Shown here: positions 1 through 9,052 of the stretch, one piece after another
How the letters are laid out: the number at the start of each line of letters is the position of its first letter
Numbering within the stretch: the first letter of the stretch is position 1
Virus record (IMG/VR): IMGVR_UViG_3300020048_000048
Location: 1-64,000 of that record
Direction: 5' to 3' (one strand)
Origin: a virus
DNA: 64,000 nucleotides
The notes under the pieces: generated by a model
Databases searched by the model: none
The model's input: only the letters and a program-made list of their open reading frames with translations
What the model was told of the DNA's origin: nothing
Position numbers and translations under genes: made by a program

Positions 1-139
1 AATTAGCAACAACGGCACTATAATCTGTAGTTCTTTTTTCAAAATCAAATAACTTTTGGCTGAGTAAACTTGTTGAAACCGATTTTGAAGTAGAATTTCC
101 ATCAATCTCTGTTGCAAAGTCAACTGGAATAAACGTCAT
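1..139 (-). CDS. N-terminal part of a fibre/structural protein paralogous to 251..2236 (runs off the window)
   Basis: ATG at 139 after a GGAGG RBS; reads MTFIPVDFATEIDGNSTSKSVST, nearly identical to MEFIPVDFATEINGTSTSKVVST. Confidence 0.75.
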   Translation of the reverse strand, partial: MTFIPVDFATEIDGNSTSKSVSTSLLSQKLFDFEKRTTDYSAVVAN

Positions 140-226
140 AAAGACCTCCTTTTAAAATACTTAATTATTTTAAGAAACTTCCTATTGTTTAAACAATTAA
201 TGCCAAGGTAGGAACCTAAATGCGGA

Positions 227-245
227 GCTTGGACTTCATCCAAGC
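227..245 (-). other. Hairpin just downstream of the lectin fibre gene (possible DGR-type hairpin; no U-tract on the coding strand)
   Basis: GCTTGGA-cttca-TCCAAGC, perfect 7-bp stem 5 nt past the stop codon. Confidence 0.45.
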
Positions 246-250
246 CCTTT

Positions 251-2236
251 TTAGACGGGTATTCTTGTACAAGGTAAGACCCAGAGTCTACCACTCTTAC
301 CGTAGTCATCCCTTGTTGACCCAGTCATAAAGCGCACAGACCAAGCGGTTTGGGTGCCAGCCTCTGAAGACGACCAACAATAAGTATATTGACCCGAAGG
401 TCCTTGTCCATCTGTTTTTATATAATTTAAAGTATATTTTCCTCCAGAAGTGTCATTGGCATCAACAATTTCCCTTTTGTAATATAAAAGATAAAGTTCA
501 TCCTTATTAGGTAAAAAGTATTGAGAACCTTGATCACGACACCATTTGTTTGCTGGTGCCTCATCACCGTAACCGTCCAGCACTGAACTATTGTAAAATC
601 CAGTATTAGGATCATCCATGGAGCCTGTATTAGGAAGTACAGTGTCAATATTTTGAAATCCCCATTGTTTTTGTGTTCGCTTGGTGGCTGGTGCACATGC
701 AAGCCAATATCCACCCATTTGTCCAAACACTATTGAACCATCAGGAAGACGAGTTCCTTCTGTAATTCCTGTAGTCGCTGTAGTTTGTGCACTTGTGTAA
801 GTACTCCAAACTCCCGTTGAACTTTTTGCTCTAACTCTCCAATAATAAGTAGTTCCAACAGTCAATCCACTAAAAGTATGTGTTATTTTAGAAGAAGTGC
901 TTTCACCACTGTCTTGAAGAACTGAACTGAAAGAACTTGAAGTTGATATTTGCCATTGTGAGCTTGCATGAGTTGCTCCACTTGGTGTGCTACTAAAAGT
1001 ACAACTTGCAGAAATAATTGTTTGATCAGATGTTGCACTTAAACCTGTTGGTGTATTAATAACATAATCAGTTGTTGCTTGCGGTCTCCCTACCGTATAA
1101 GAAGACCAAGCACCATTAGCGCCTTTATGTTTAACTCTCCAATAATAAGTGGTCCCAATAGTCAATCCACTAAAAGTATGTGTTATTTTAGAAGAAGTGC
1201 TTTCACCACTATCCTGAAGAATTGAACTAAAAGAACTTGAAGTTGATATTTGCCATTGTGAAGAATAATGCGCAATTACACCAGCTGGTGTACAACTGAA
1301 AGTTGAGTTCATTGTTACAGAAGTTTGATCTGAGGTTGAACTTAAACCCAAAGGAACATTAATTGTGGCACTTGTGGTTGCTTGCGCTCTTCCTGCTGTA
1401 TAAGAAGACCAAACGCCATTAGCACCTTTCATTCTAACTCTCCAATAATAAGTTGTATTTTCTGACAGACCGCTAAAAGTATAATTAGTTTTAGAAGAAG
1501 TGCTTTCACCACTATCTTGAAGTATGGAACTAAAAGCACTTGAAGTTGATATTTGCCATTGTGAAGAATAATGAGCAATTACACCAGCTGGTGTACAGCT
1601 AAATGTCGCATTTCCTGTAACACTACTTGTATTTGACGACTCACTTAAACCCGTTGGGGTATTAACTACAGGCATTTTAAAATAAAATACAACATAATTA
1701 GACCAAGTACTTTCTCCAAACGTTGAACCTTTGTGAAGTACTCTTGCTTTTATGGTCGTGTCCACAGACAAACTACTTAAATCAGGAGTCCATGATGTTT
1801 TTGAAGATGTACTGTTATACAAATTGGTAATCAACGTATCGCTGTTGTTTCTAATTTCCCAACTACTGCTAATATGAACATCAGATCCGCCGAAAACGGA
1901 AAAAGCACTGCTTGAAAAAACTTGACCACTATAAATATCGCCTGATGCAGTTGTAATTGTCGGTTGATTTATTTGCGCACAAACATAATCATCGGTAGTT
2001 AATCCTCGAACCTCATAACTGCCGTCACTGTTTTTCCCAACAGTTTTGAAAACATGAGTGTCAGATCGATACCATATTTTCCCAAAATTACCAGAATCAG
2101 CATTTCGGTCTGACGTTCTAATTTCAATTAAGTACTGATTTTGGCTTAGCCAAGTGCTAAGTAATAATGTTGAAACCACTTTTGAAGTAGAAGTTCCATT
2201 AATCTCTGTTGCAAAGTCAACTGGAATAAACTCCAT
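251..2236 (-). CDS. Virion fibre/adhesin with three tandem FN3-like repeats and a C-terminal Lcl/DUF1566-like C-type lectin domain
   Basis: Three ~100-aa repeats with SGLxxxTTYYWRV; C-terminus LPNKDEL...YCWSSSE...AW.V.F...K.....V.P.R; TAAAATAA box upstream. Confidence 0.75.
   Translation of the reverse strand: MEFIPVDFATEINGTSTSKVVSTLLLSTWLSQNQYLIEIRTSDRNADSGNFGKIWYRSDTHVFKTVGKNSDGSYEVRGLTTDDYVCAQINQPTITTASGDIYSGQVFSSSAFSVFGGSDVHISSSWEIRNNSDTLITNLYNSTSSKTSWTPDLSSLSVDTTIKARVLHKGSTFGESTWSNYVVFYFKMPVVNTPTGLSESSNTSSVTGNATFSCTPAGVIAHYSSQWQISTSSAFSSILQDSGESTSSKTNYTFSGLSENTTYYWRVRMKGANGVWSSYTAGRAQATTSATINVPLGLSSTSDQTSVTMNSTFSCTPAGVIAHYSSQWQISTSSSFSSILQDSGESTSSKITHTFSGLTIGTTYYWRVKHKGANGAWSSYTVGRPQATTDYVINTPTGLSATSDQTIISASCTFSSTPSGATHASSQWQISTSSSFSSVLQDSGESTSSKITHTFSGLTVGTTYYWRVRAKSSTGVWSTYTSAQTTATTGITEGTRLPDGSIVFGQMGGYWLACAPATKRTQKQWGFQNIDTVLPNTGSMDDPNTGFYNSSVLDGYGDEAPANKWCRDQGSQYFLPNKDELYLLYYKREIVDANDTSGGKYTLNYIKTDGQGPSGQYTYCWSSSEAGTQTAWSVRFMTGSTRDDYGKSGRLWVLPCTRIPV
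775..1670 (-). repeat. Three ~300-bp direct repeats encoding FN3 domains
   Basis: Recurrent cttgaagttgatatttgccattgtga and ctctccaataataagt at ~300-bp spacing. Confidence 0.85.
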
Positions 2237-2274
2237 AAAGACCTCCTTTAAAATCCTTACTTATTTTAAGTAAC

Positions 2275-3042
2275 TCAAAGAAGATTGTCGATATAATCGT
2301 CTGGCAATTCTAAAGCAGACTCAATATTTTTATTAACAATATCGTCAATCAACTTTGGCAAATTATAATCAGCCCAACTTTGAGTTTGTTCAAGAATATG
2401 CTTACCTTGAATCCCCGGATGCCACCATTTATTTGTTTGTTTTTCACTCATCACCCTAAACATTACAAACTGAGATGCAATTTGAACTTGTTTTCCATCT
2501 TCAATTTTAAATCTTCTTGATCGATACATTCCTTTTAAATCAGGATCATTTGTAATAAGTTCTTCCATAGAATGAACCTGACCATCATTCATGGTTTTAC
2601 TTCTCATAGCGCCATAGGATGGCTTTTTTAAAGCTTCGTCAATCTTTTTCTGTATTAAAAAAGATTTAGTGTTTGGGTTAGGTTGATACCCTTTCATTTT
2701 TTTCATTGGTATAATTAAATACTTAAAACCTTCTTTTGAAATTTTAGTTTTAGGTGATTTTAAATGACCTATTTTCATATCAAAAGCTCCAACCCCATCC
2801 TCTTGAGCGTTTGCCAACCAATTATCTTCATCTAACCCAACAATAATCATATCACCTTCGACCATAACCTCTAATGCATTTAAATATTCATCACGGGTTA
2901 GGTCAAGTTTTTGCTGAGCCAATACTTGAATTTGCTGTCTTAGAAATACAGGAATCATTTCAAGAGCAGTTTCAATACCCTCTTGCATCCCTATGCACAT
3001 TTTTAATTTACGATATAAAGTTTCTTTATCCAACTTCCACAA
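2275..3042 (-). CDS. Putative neck/tail-completion protein
   Basis: FDMK...KYLIIPM...FRVMSEK...WWHPG pattern of large myovirus neck proteins. Confidence 0.5.
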   Translation of the reverse strand: MWKLDKETLYRKLKMCIGMQEGIETALEMIPVFLRQQIQVLAQQKLDLTRDEYLNALEVMVEGDMIIVGLDEDNWLANAQEDGVGAFDMKIGHLKSPKTKISKEGFKYLIIPMKKMKGYQPNPNTKSFLIQKKIDEALKKPSYGAMRSKTMNDGQVHSMEELITNDPDLKGMYRSRRFKIEDGKQVQIASQFVMFRVMSEKQTNKWWHPGIQGKHILEQTQSWADYNLPKLIDDIVNKNIESALELPDDYIDNLL

Positions 3043-3478
3043 CTCGATACGGAACTAAGTTTCCGTCTGCAAGATAATTACAAAATTCTAAAGCAACTGT
3101 TGCACTCGAATCTAAAAGACCTTGCCAGTCATAAGGCAACCCATCACGAAAAATAATACTGCCGTCAGATCCAATTTTGGCATATTTAAAACCTTTTAAA
3201 ACCAAAGATTCTAAATTTACTTTTACTGTTTCAAAATAAGGGTAAATCTCCCTTATCATTACTTTACCGTCAATTTCTTTCCCCAATAATGCAACCATTG
3301 TTGTTTTATTTGGGTTGTAGATTAATTCAATTCTTTCTTTAGCTTTTTCAATGCTTTTGAAAGTTAACACACCAAAATTATCTGCTAAAATAAAATTGTC
3401 ATCAATTATCCCATAAGGAAAGTCATGATGGTAATTGAATTTTATATTTTTATTTTCGATAAATTTCGCTTCAAACAT
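3026..3478 (-). CDS. Hypothetical protein
   Basis: ORF with GGAGG RBS and an upstream sigma28-like promoter. Confidence 0.6.
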   Translation of the reverse strand: MFEAKFIENKNIKFNYHHDFPYGIIDDNFILADNFGVLTFKSIEKAKERIELIYNPNKTTMVALLGKEIDGKVMIREIYPYFETVKVNLESLVLKGFKYAKIGSDGSIIFRDGLPYDWQGLLDSSATVALEFCNYLADGNLVPYRVVEVG

Positions 3479-3500
3479 AAAAACCTCCCGTTTAAACCAC

Positions 3501-3527
3501 TTAACGGAAGATTTTTAAATTACTTTA
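3501..3527 (-). promoter_or_regulatory. sigma28-like promoter
   Basis: TAAAGTAA-N11-TCCGTTAA. Confidence 0.7.
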
Positions 3528-4006
3528 ATTTTATTTAGACTATTTTTGAACTTATTTAACAATTCTTCGTCATGGATTTTTATACTCGTTCCATTTGGAG
3601 TAATTAAAGTTCTTCCTTGTAATTTACTACCTTTTAAATTTAGGTGAGGGTCTCCTGCTGATTTTTTAAAAAAATCATGAACATCTTGATGTTTAACATT
3701 CATCATTCCTTTTTTCGGATGATTCACTGACATGGCATACATATTACCTTGAACACCACCTACATAATTATTTTTTACAGGAGGTTTTACATCGTCCATG
3801 TTTATTGTATCTTTTCCGCTGGAATCCCCAAATGGATCTGTGTCTTTAATTTTTGTTTGAGGTTTTCCAAGTGGTTGATAAATTAATTCAGATTTTCTTA
3901 CCTTCTTTATCAACAATTGCATCATTTGTATTACTTCTTTAGCATAATGCTCTAATGGAATTGAGTGATTACCATTCGCAACTAAATGATCTAAGAGTTT
4001 CTGCAT
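3515..4006 (-). CDS. Hypothetical protein, candidate internal head protein (VRKS motif)
   Basis: 163-aa ORF downstream of a late box; KVRKSE. Confidence 0.5.
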   Translation of the reverse strand: MQKLLDHLVANGNHSIPLEHYAKEVIQMMQLLIKKVRKSELIYQPLGKPQTKIKDTDPFGDSSGKDTINMDDVKPPVKNNYVGGVQGNMYAMSVNHPKKGMMNVKHQDVHDFFKKSAGDPHLNLKGSKLQGRTLITPNGTSIKIHDEELLNKFKNSLNKIKVI

Positions 4007-4010
4007 GATA

Positions 4011-4316
4011 TCACCTAAACCAATATATTTGTTTTTGGTCCAACTGGCTTTGCTTATGCTTAATAAGTTCGCTCATCTCATCAACCACTTGTTTCAAATG
4101 TTCGTGTTCACTTTTAATCAAACCTGAATTTTTTAAATAATCCCATTCCTTTTCCTGAACAATTCCGCCTCTTATTAAGATTGGAATATCCGAGACCATA
4201 GGCTCTCTTGTGTTTCTAATATCTTTATCATCACCAAAGAATTGAGTTTTTCCTTCATGATGAACACCTATTGTCTCTCCCTTACCATTCAATAAAATTT
4301 CAGTAGTATCAAACAT
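4011..4316 (-). CDS. Hypothetical protein, candidate internal head protein (LIKS motif)
   Basis: AGGAG RBS; TAAAATAA at 4333-4340. Confidence 0.5.
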   Translation of the reverse strand: MFDTTEILLNGKGETIGVHHEGKTQFFGDDKDIRNTREPMVSDIPILIRGGIVQEKEWDYLKNSGLIKSEHEHLKQVVDEMSELIKHKQSQLDQKQIYWFR

Positions 4317-4337
4317 ATTTGCTCCTTTTCTTTTATT

Positions 4338-4703
4338 TTACACAATAATCCTTCTTATTGGAATGACATAATTATATTCACTTTTATTTCTTGTTGAAAA
4401 AGCTCTGTTTGAAAAAGTTAAAGTATTTGCACTTGACGATGTTGACTCAGAAGACGACCAAATTCTTGAAGCATTTAAAGCAGTTAATGTATTTGCACCT
4501 CCAGAAGTATCTAAAGCGTCAATTAAAGTTCTTTGCATATATATGAGAAGTAATTCATTTTTAGAAGGAAAATAATAACCAATGCTTCTACAATAATTAT
4601 TTGCCTCAGCACTTGTAGGGTATCCGTCTAAAATAATACTATTTTCATAACCACTTCCCTTTATTTTAAGGTTTAAATAATTCATCAAGTTCGAACCCTT
4701 CAT
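4338..4703 (-). CDS. Stand-alone or truncated C-type lectin (Lcl-like) domain, paralog of the 251..2236 C-terminus
   Basis: ILDGY...ANNYCR...YFPSKNELLLIY..R..ID..DTSGG..TL...WSSSE...K....V.P.R. Confidence 0.65.
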   Translation of the reverse strand: MKGSNLMNYLNLKIKGSGYENSIILDGYPTSAEANNYCRSIGYYFPSKNELLLIYMQRTLIDALDTSGGANTLTALNASRIWSSSESTSSSANTLTFSNRAFSTRNKSEYNYVIPIRRIIV

Positions 4704-4986
4704 CTTTTATCAATTCTTGTTCTTTTTGAACATTTAAATTACGAACTTCGCCTTCTTTATCACTTTCAATTCGTAACCTGTGAAACTCAAATAACAGTTG
4801 ATATGGAGTTAGGTTATCAAAATAAGGATCAAAAAAACCTTTATTCAACCTAAATGCAACAAAATGTTTAATATTACGAAAAAAAGAATCAATAGGACTG
4901 TCTTCAGTATCCTGAAGCAACACAACTTCTAAAGCTTCTTTTCTTGCCTTTATATTAAGTGATAAAACTTCCTTCTCACTCAACAT
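4666..4986 (-). CDS. Putative tail assembly chaperone (second component)
   Basis: FRLNKGFFDPYFDNLTPYQLLFEF resembles myovirus tail chaperone motifs. Confidence 0.35.
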   Translation of the reverse strand: MLSEKEVLSLNIKARKEALEVVLLQDTEDSPIDSFFRNIKHFVAFRLNKGFFDPYFDNLTPYQLLFEFHRLRIESDKEGEVRNLNVQKEQELIKDEGFELDELFKP

Positions 4987-5758
4987 TTAACACAACTTCT
5001 TTAAAAGGTGTGTATGATAAGTTCATTCCAGTTAGGTATAACTTAGGGATAAACATTTCCCTTGATTTGTAATCCGCATCATAAATCCCGTAATACATGC
5101 AAACAACTTTTCTTTCTAATGGGGTTAAGTCTTCCATTAGCTGAAAAATCCCATTAGTTTGTTTTTTTTGAGGGGTGTTTATTGGTTTTTGCAAGTTTTC
5201 ACATTGCATCCCATCACCGCCTTGCCTTACATCCCTGTCAACAAGAACAGCAACGTTAGAAGGATACCTAACCACCCTTGCCTTTTCACCAATAGCATGA
5301 GTTAAAGAAGCTTTAAACTCGTATGTAATAAAAGTGGAAAAACATGCTTTCTCTGGTTTAAACCTTAGGTGAAAATCAGAGAACTTAATATAGCATTCTT
5401 GAACCAAATCTTCAAAATCCAAACCCCTATACTTGTGTATGTGAGCCAATTTAAAAGCAAGCTTCTCAACAGAAGCCCATAGTAGATACTTTTCATTATT
5501 ATTTAAATTTGAAATTTTTTCAAATAATTTAGCTTTTTCATGCTTTTTCAAAGCCAAATATCTTTCGGCATTAAGTCTTCTAAAAGCTTTAACCCATTCA
5601 GAAGGGATCTGCTCTTTCTCAATATAATCAGAATACTTGTAGAAGATCTTGCCATACTCTTCTTCTTTTGAAAGAAGTACGTCCTTCCAATATTGTTCTT
5701 TTAAATCTTCTGGAATTGCAATTCTTTTTTTTCTCTTAGCCACGAAAGTCTCCTTCAA
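4976..5758 (-). CDS. Phage sigma70-family RNA polymerase sigma factor
   Basis: Region 2: YRGLDFEDLVQE...FKPEKACFSTFITYE...ARVVRYP; region 4.1-like LTPLERKVVCMYYGI; region 4.2 HTH looks degenerate. Confidence 0.8.
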   Translation of the reverse strand: MKETFVAKRKKRIAIPEDLKEQYWKDVLLSKEEEYGKIFYKYSDYIEKEQIPSEWVKAFRRLNAERYLALKKHEKAKLFEKISNLNNNEKYLLWASVEKLAFKLAHIHKYRGLDFEDLVQECYIKFSDFHLRFKPEKACFSTFITYEFKASLTHAIGEKARVVRYPSNVAVLVDRDVRQGGDGMQCENLQKPINTPQKKQTNGIFQLMEDLTPLERKVVCMYYGIYDADYKSREMFIPKLYLTGMNLSYTPFKEVVLNVE

Positions 5759-6062
5759 AAAATGAAAGTTTGTATAAGATTATCAATTCGTCTTTATGAA
5801 CTACGATTTTGAAATCATTTAAATAGTTTGTGGATTTTTCGACCAACATTTGTTCTAAATTTGGTAAGTAATACGCCTTATTATTTTTTAACAAAGCAAC
5901 TATTCGACAATTTTCAATTTTAAAAACATCGTGAACAAAAAAATGATTTCCACCAAACTCTACAAAACCAGATTGAACATCTTTGATATTAAAAAAATGC
6001 AAAATATCGTCAAGGTCAATTCCATACCTTGAATTATTTTTCACAAACGTTAAAATCTTCAT
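5736..6062 (-). CDS. CheW-like protein (degenerate)
   Basis: KILTFVKNNSRYGIDLDDI...SGFVEFGGNHFFVHD resembles the CheW N-terminal strands. Confidence 0.4.
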   Translation of the reverse strand: MKILTFVKNNSRYGIDLDDILHFFNIKDVQSGFVEFGGNHFFVHDVFKIENCRIVALLKNNKAYYLPNLEQMLVEKSTNYLNDFKIVVHKDELIILYKLSFFEGDFRG

Positions 6063-6083
6063 AAAAATCCTCCTACAAACTAC

Positions 6084-6110
6084 TTAACGGACTAATTTAA
6101 AAAAACTTTA
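6084..6110 (-). promoter_or_regulatory. sigma28-like promoter driving the CheW-like/sigma operon
   Basis: TAAAGTTT-N11-TCCGTTAA. Confidence 0.75.
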
Positions 6111-6119
6111 ATTTATTTC

Positions 6120-6152
6120 TAAAGTTCTAAACCAAAAAAGCCGTTAAAATAA
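6120..6152 (+). promoter_or_regulatory. sigma28-like promoter overlapping a TAAAATAA box
   Basis: TAAAGTTC-N12-GCCGTTAA, then TAAAATAA at 6145-6152. Confidence 0.6.
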
Positions 6153-6178
6153 TTAAGGATAAAAACAGGAGGTGTTTT

Positions 6179-6523
6179 ATGGAATGTGCGAGTTGTAAAG
6201 ATAAAGACAAGGCATTAAGAAAACTGGAAATTCGAGTCCAAAGTCTTGAGAAACAAATCCGTAAAACAAAAAAGCTGGAAAGAAAGCTTAAGGCAAAAGT
6301 TGAAGCTGAAATGATGACAGACGTTTTTGAAGATGAGCTTATCGAAATAAAAGAGGAGATTCAAAAAATAGATGATATAAAAGAAGAGGAGACTGGTAAA
6401 AATCTCCTTAAGAAGTTAAAGTCTCAAATTTTAAATGGAGAAGTTTCAAAAGGTAAAGAAGATGAAAAAATTATAGTAGCAGGAAAAGAGTTTAGAGCTT
6501 CACCTAAATTAAAATTCCGTTAA
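6179..6523 (+). CDS. Hypothetical coiled-coil protein with N-terminal CxxC
   Basis: AGGAGG RBS, 114 aa. Confidence 0.65.
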   Translation: MECASCKDKDKALRKLEIRVQSLEKQIRKTKKLERKLKAKVEAEMMTDVFEDELIEIKEEIQKIDDIKEEETGKNLLKKLKSQILNGEVSKGKEDEKIIVAGKEFRASPKLKFR

Positions 6524-7086
6524 GAATAAATTAAAAAATCAACTCCATCAAAAGATACCACACCACGATACCTTTCTTCGCCAACTTGTTCCGTTTCACC
6601 ATGGTGAGCTAAGTCGATAGATCCAATTTTTATATTCCCTTCATTCATTTTTCTTACCAACACAAAAGGTCCAAATTTCTCTCTTGCATAACAAATCGAC
6701 CCGACTGTTTTGTCAACAAACTTTCGTGAAACATCCCACACTGGAGGCTCTTCATTTACAAAAAGTCTATCAAGAATTTGTGCCCATAAGGAGAACGTTT
6801 CATCCCTTGTGAGCTGAACATTTGAATGAGCTACGTCTGATAACTTCTGATACCAACCTAATACCATTCCTGCATAAGTTGGATGTTCAGAACACTTTAA
6901 AACAACTTCTTGAGAATACTTCCCCATAGAGTTGATAAATTCAGTTACATTATTTGAAGGCAATATTTGAACACCTTCCCATTCATTTTCCATAGAAACG
7001 ATGTCATGATGTTTTCCAAAATGATTTTGAAATTCTTCTTCAGGGCAAGACCCAACTCTCGCAGATTTAAAAAAAACTCGATTCAC
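6520..7086 (-). CDS. Hypothetical protein
   Basis: 188-aa ORF translationally coupled to the upstream gene. Confidence 0.6.
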   Translation of the reverse strand: MNRVFFKSARVGSCPEEEFQNHFGKHHDIVSMENEWEGVQILPSNNVTEFINSMGKYSQEVVLKCSEHPTYAGMVLGWYQKLSDVAHSNVQLTRDETFSLWAQILDRLFVNEEPPVWDVSRKFVDKTVGSICYAREKFGPFVLVRKMNEGNIKIGSIDLAHHGETEQVGEERYRGVVSFDGVDFLIYS

Positions 7087-7655
7087 ACAACACCTCCATC
7101 AATTTTTATAACCTTACCCTCTTCAACCTTCACCGTTCTTCTTCCATTAGGTCCTTGTATGTAAAAAAACTGACCATCAGTTCCTAATGCCTCTCCTTCT
7201 TTCAGCTCATTAGGTGGGAAGAATAAGATACCTAATTTTTGAGGAATATTTGTTGGCATTACTCTATTTGAATAAACACCTATATTACTTTTTAATTCTT
7301 CTGGGGTGAGTAGGTTTAAAGTGTTCATTGCGATTCTTTCGTCCAAACACTCTCCTAAAAAAACTAAATGTTCTTTTACCTTTTCTGGGAAATTTTCTTT
7401 GTGCTTCATGAAATAAAGTGGATAAGTTCTTGGTAAAAAACTTAAACCAATTAAATCCCTTCTTTTCATTAAAAAAGTAATTAACTTGTCAAACTCTTGC
7501 TCACCCTTTAATGGTAAAAAAAGTTCTAAATTAAAGTCCTTAGTTTCCGTTGCACACGATATAAATAACGTTCGGTGTGCAGAGTAATCTGTAAATCCAG
7601 AAAGGTCTAATGGCATTCTTCTGGACAACACATTTATAATTGCTTTTTGTATCAT
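7083..7655 (-). CDS. Hypothetical protein
   Basis: 190-aa ORF, ATGA overlap. Confidence 0.6.
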   Translation of the reverse strand: MIQKAIINVLSRRMPLDLSGFTDYSAHRTLFISCATETKDFNLELFLPLKGEQEFDKLITFLMKRRDLIGLSFLPRTYPLYFMKHKENFPEKVKEHLVFLGECLDERIAMNTLNLLTPEELKSNIGVYSNRVMPTNIPQKLGILFFPPNELKEGEALGTDGQFFYIQGPNGRRTVKVEEGKVIKIDGGVV

Positions 7656-8050
7656 TCTTCAACCCTCATGTTTTTGTAGTTTCCAATCAATTCTATCTCT
7701 TCTTCAAGAAGTTCTGTTGTTTCCATTTGACACCCACATTCGCACTTTTGATTCATGTAGTTGTCAAACGTTACAACTCTTTTTTCAAATTTATTACATG
7801 TTTTACAGTTATACATCAAATAATAACTACTTATGTGCCAATCAAACGGCACTGTTATGCATTGCAAAAGCTCTACCCAATACTTTGATGCATTTTCAAG
7901 AACAAAATATTTATCCTTAAATTTCTTCATAATCAAACGAACACCCATTGAGTTAATTTGATTATCACATAGAACATAATTCTCATCTTCAGCTTCAAAA
8001 TCAAGTACCGAATTTTCGTTTAACTTTTTTGGTAAAATAATTTTCAACAC
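7652..8050 (-). CDS. STAS-like plus zinc-ribbon protein
   Basis: INSMGVR (STAS phospho-loop-like), then YNCKTC...KCECG. Confidence 0.45.
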   Translation of the reverse strand: MLKIILPKKLNENSVLDFEAEDENYVLCDNQINSMGVRLIMKKFKDKYFVLENASKYWVELLQCITVPFDWHISSYYLMYNCKTCNKFEKRVVTFDNYMNQKCECGCQMETTELLEEEIELIGNYKNMRVEE

Positions 8051-8071
8051 ACCACCCTCCTTTTTGTTATT

Positions 8072-9052
8072 TTAAAACACTTTTGACAAAAAATCCCAGT
8101 CAAATAAGACGCCAACATAAGTTCCAATAAAGGCACTTGAAATACCATCACGTTCCTCACCAATAAAATAAGACACCCCAAGCTTTACAAAACCAATTCC
8201 TACAAAAGAATCGATTTGAGACTTCCATTGATTGTTAATAGAGATATTCCTCCATCCCCACCCAGCCCTATATGTATCTTCCAAAATAAGCGCAAAGTCA
8301 ATATTTACATTTGTTCCATTAACCTCTTTGTCCCGAAAACCCTTAATGCCGTACGCCGATATTCTTGTATAACCTACCGATGGCATAAAATGCATAATAA
8401 AGTCTTTGTGTTTAAAAAGAAGTCCAAGACCAATGCTTGCATTCATTAATCGCATTCTGTCAAAGACCGTTCCAAAATTCTTAGAAGCGTATTCACCTCT
8501 TACAGATGACATAGAGGCTTCAGCTCCAAAATTCATTTCTGTTTTAAACTCACTCGAACCTGTATATTGATACCTTACAATTTCAGAAGGTTTTAATGAA
8601 TCCCCCACTTTTTCAGTATCAACATTTTCCATATTAATAAACACAATTGCTGAAGTTTTTACAGAAACAATCTTGATATAAGAAGTTGCGGTATCATCCT
8701 TGATAACAATTTTTAAAAACAATATATAATCAACTCCAGTGAATTCTGAAAAATCACTTTTACTCATTAACTGGTCAAATTCTATTGATGTCAATACTTT
8801 TTCAATATCTAAAGACCTTTCAATAGGTTTAAATTTTCGATCTAAAATTTCCTCCTGCAATTCAGAAATTATAATGTCCAAGTCACAATCGTAATCCCCA
8901 ATAGTAACGCTTTTAGTGGCAGTTATCATTATAGTTGATCCCTTAGGGATATCCAACCCAGACAAACTTGCCATCGCTTTGTTACAAAGTAAAAATATCA
9001 CAAAAATTAAAAGCGCAAAAACAATACTTCCTGTAGAATCTTCTCGTCTCAT
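8072..9052 (-). CDS. Exported/outer-membrane protein (CsgG/LpoB-like domain plus beta-strand C-terminus)
   Basis: Signal peptide ending AMA; FKPIERS...GVDYIL...KIVSVKTSAIV; alternating beta strands ending in F. Confidence 0.45.
   Translation of the reverse strand: MRREDSTGSIVFALLIFVIFLLCNKAMASLSGLDIPKGSTIMITATKSVTIGDYDCDLDIIISELQEEILDRKFKPIERSLDIEKVLTSIEFDQLMSKSDFSEFTGVDYILFLKIVIKDDTATSYIKIVSVKTSAIVFINMENVDTEKVGDSLKPSEIVRYQYTGSSEFKTEMNFGAEASMSSVRGEYASKNFGTVFDRMRLMNASIGLGLLFKHKDFIMHFMPSVGYTRISAYGIKGFRDKEVNGTNVNIDFALILEDTYRAGWGWRNISINNQWKSQIDSFVGIGFVKLGVSYFIGEERDGISSAFIGTYVGVLFDWDFLSKVF

Noticed and set aside
4338-4470. Second lectin as the DGR template repeat
   Set aside because: It differs from 251-376 at many non-adenine positions and is not AAY-rich.
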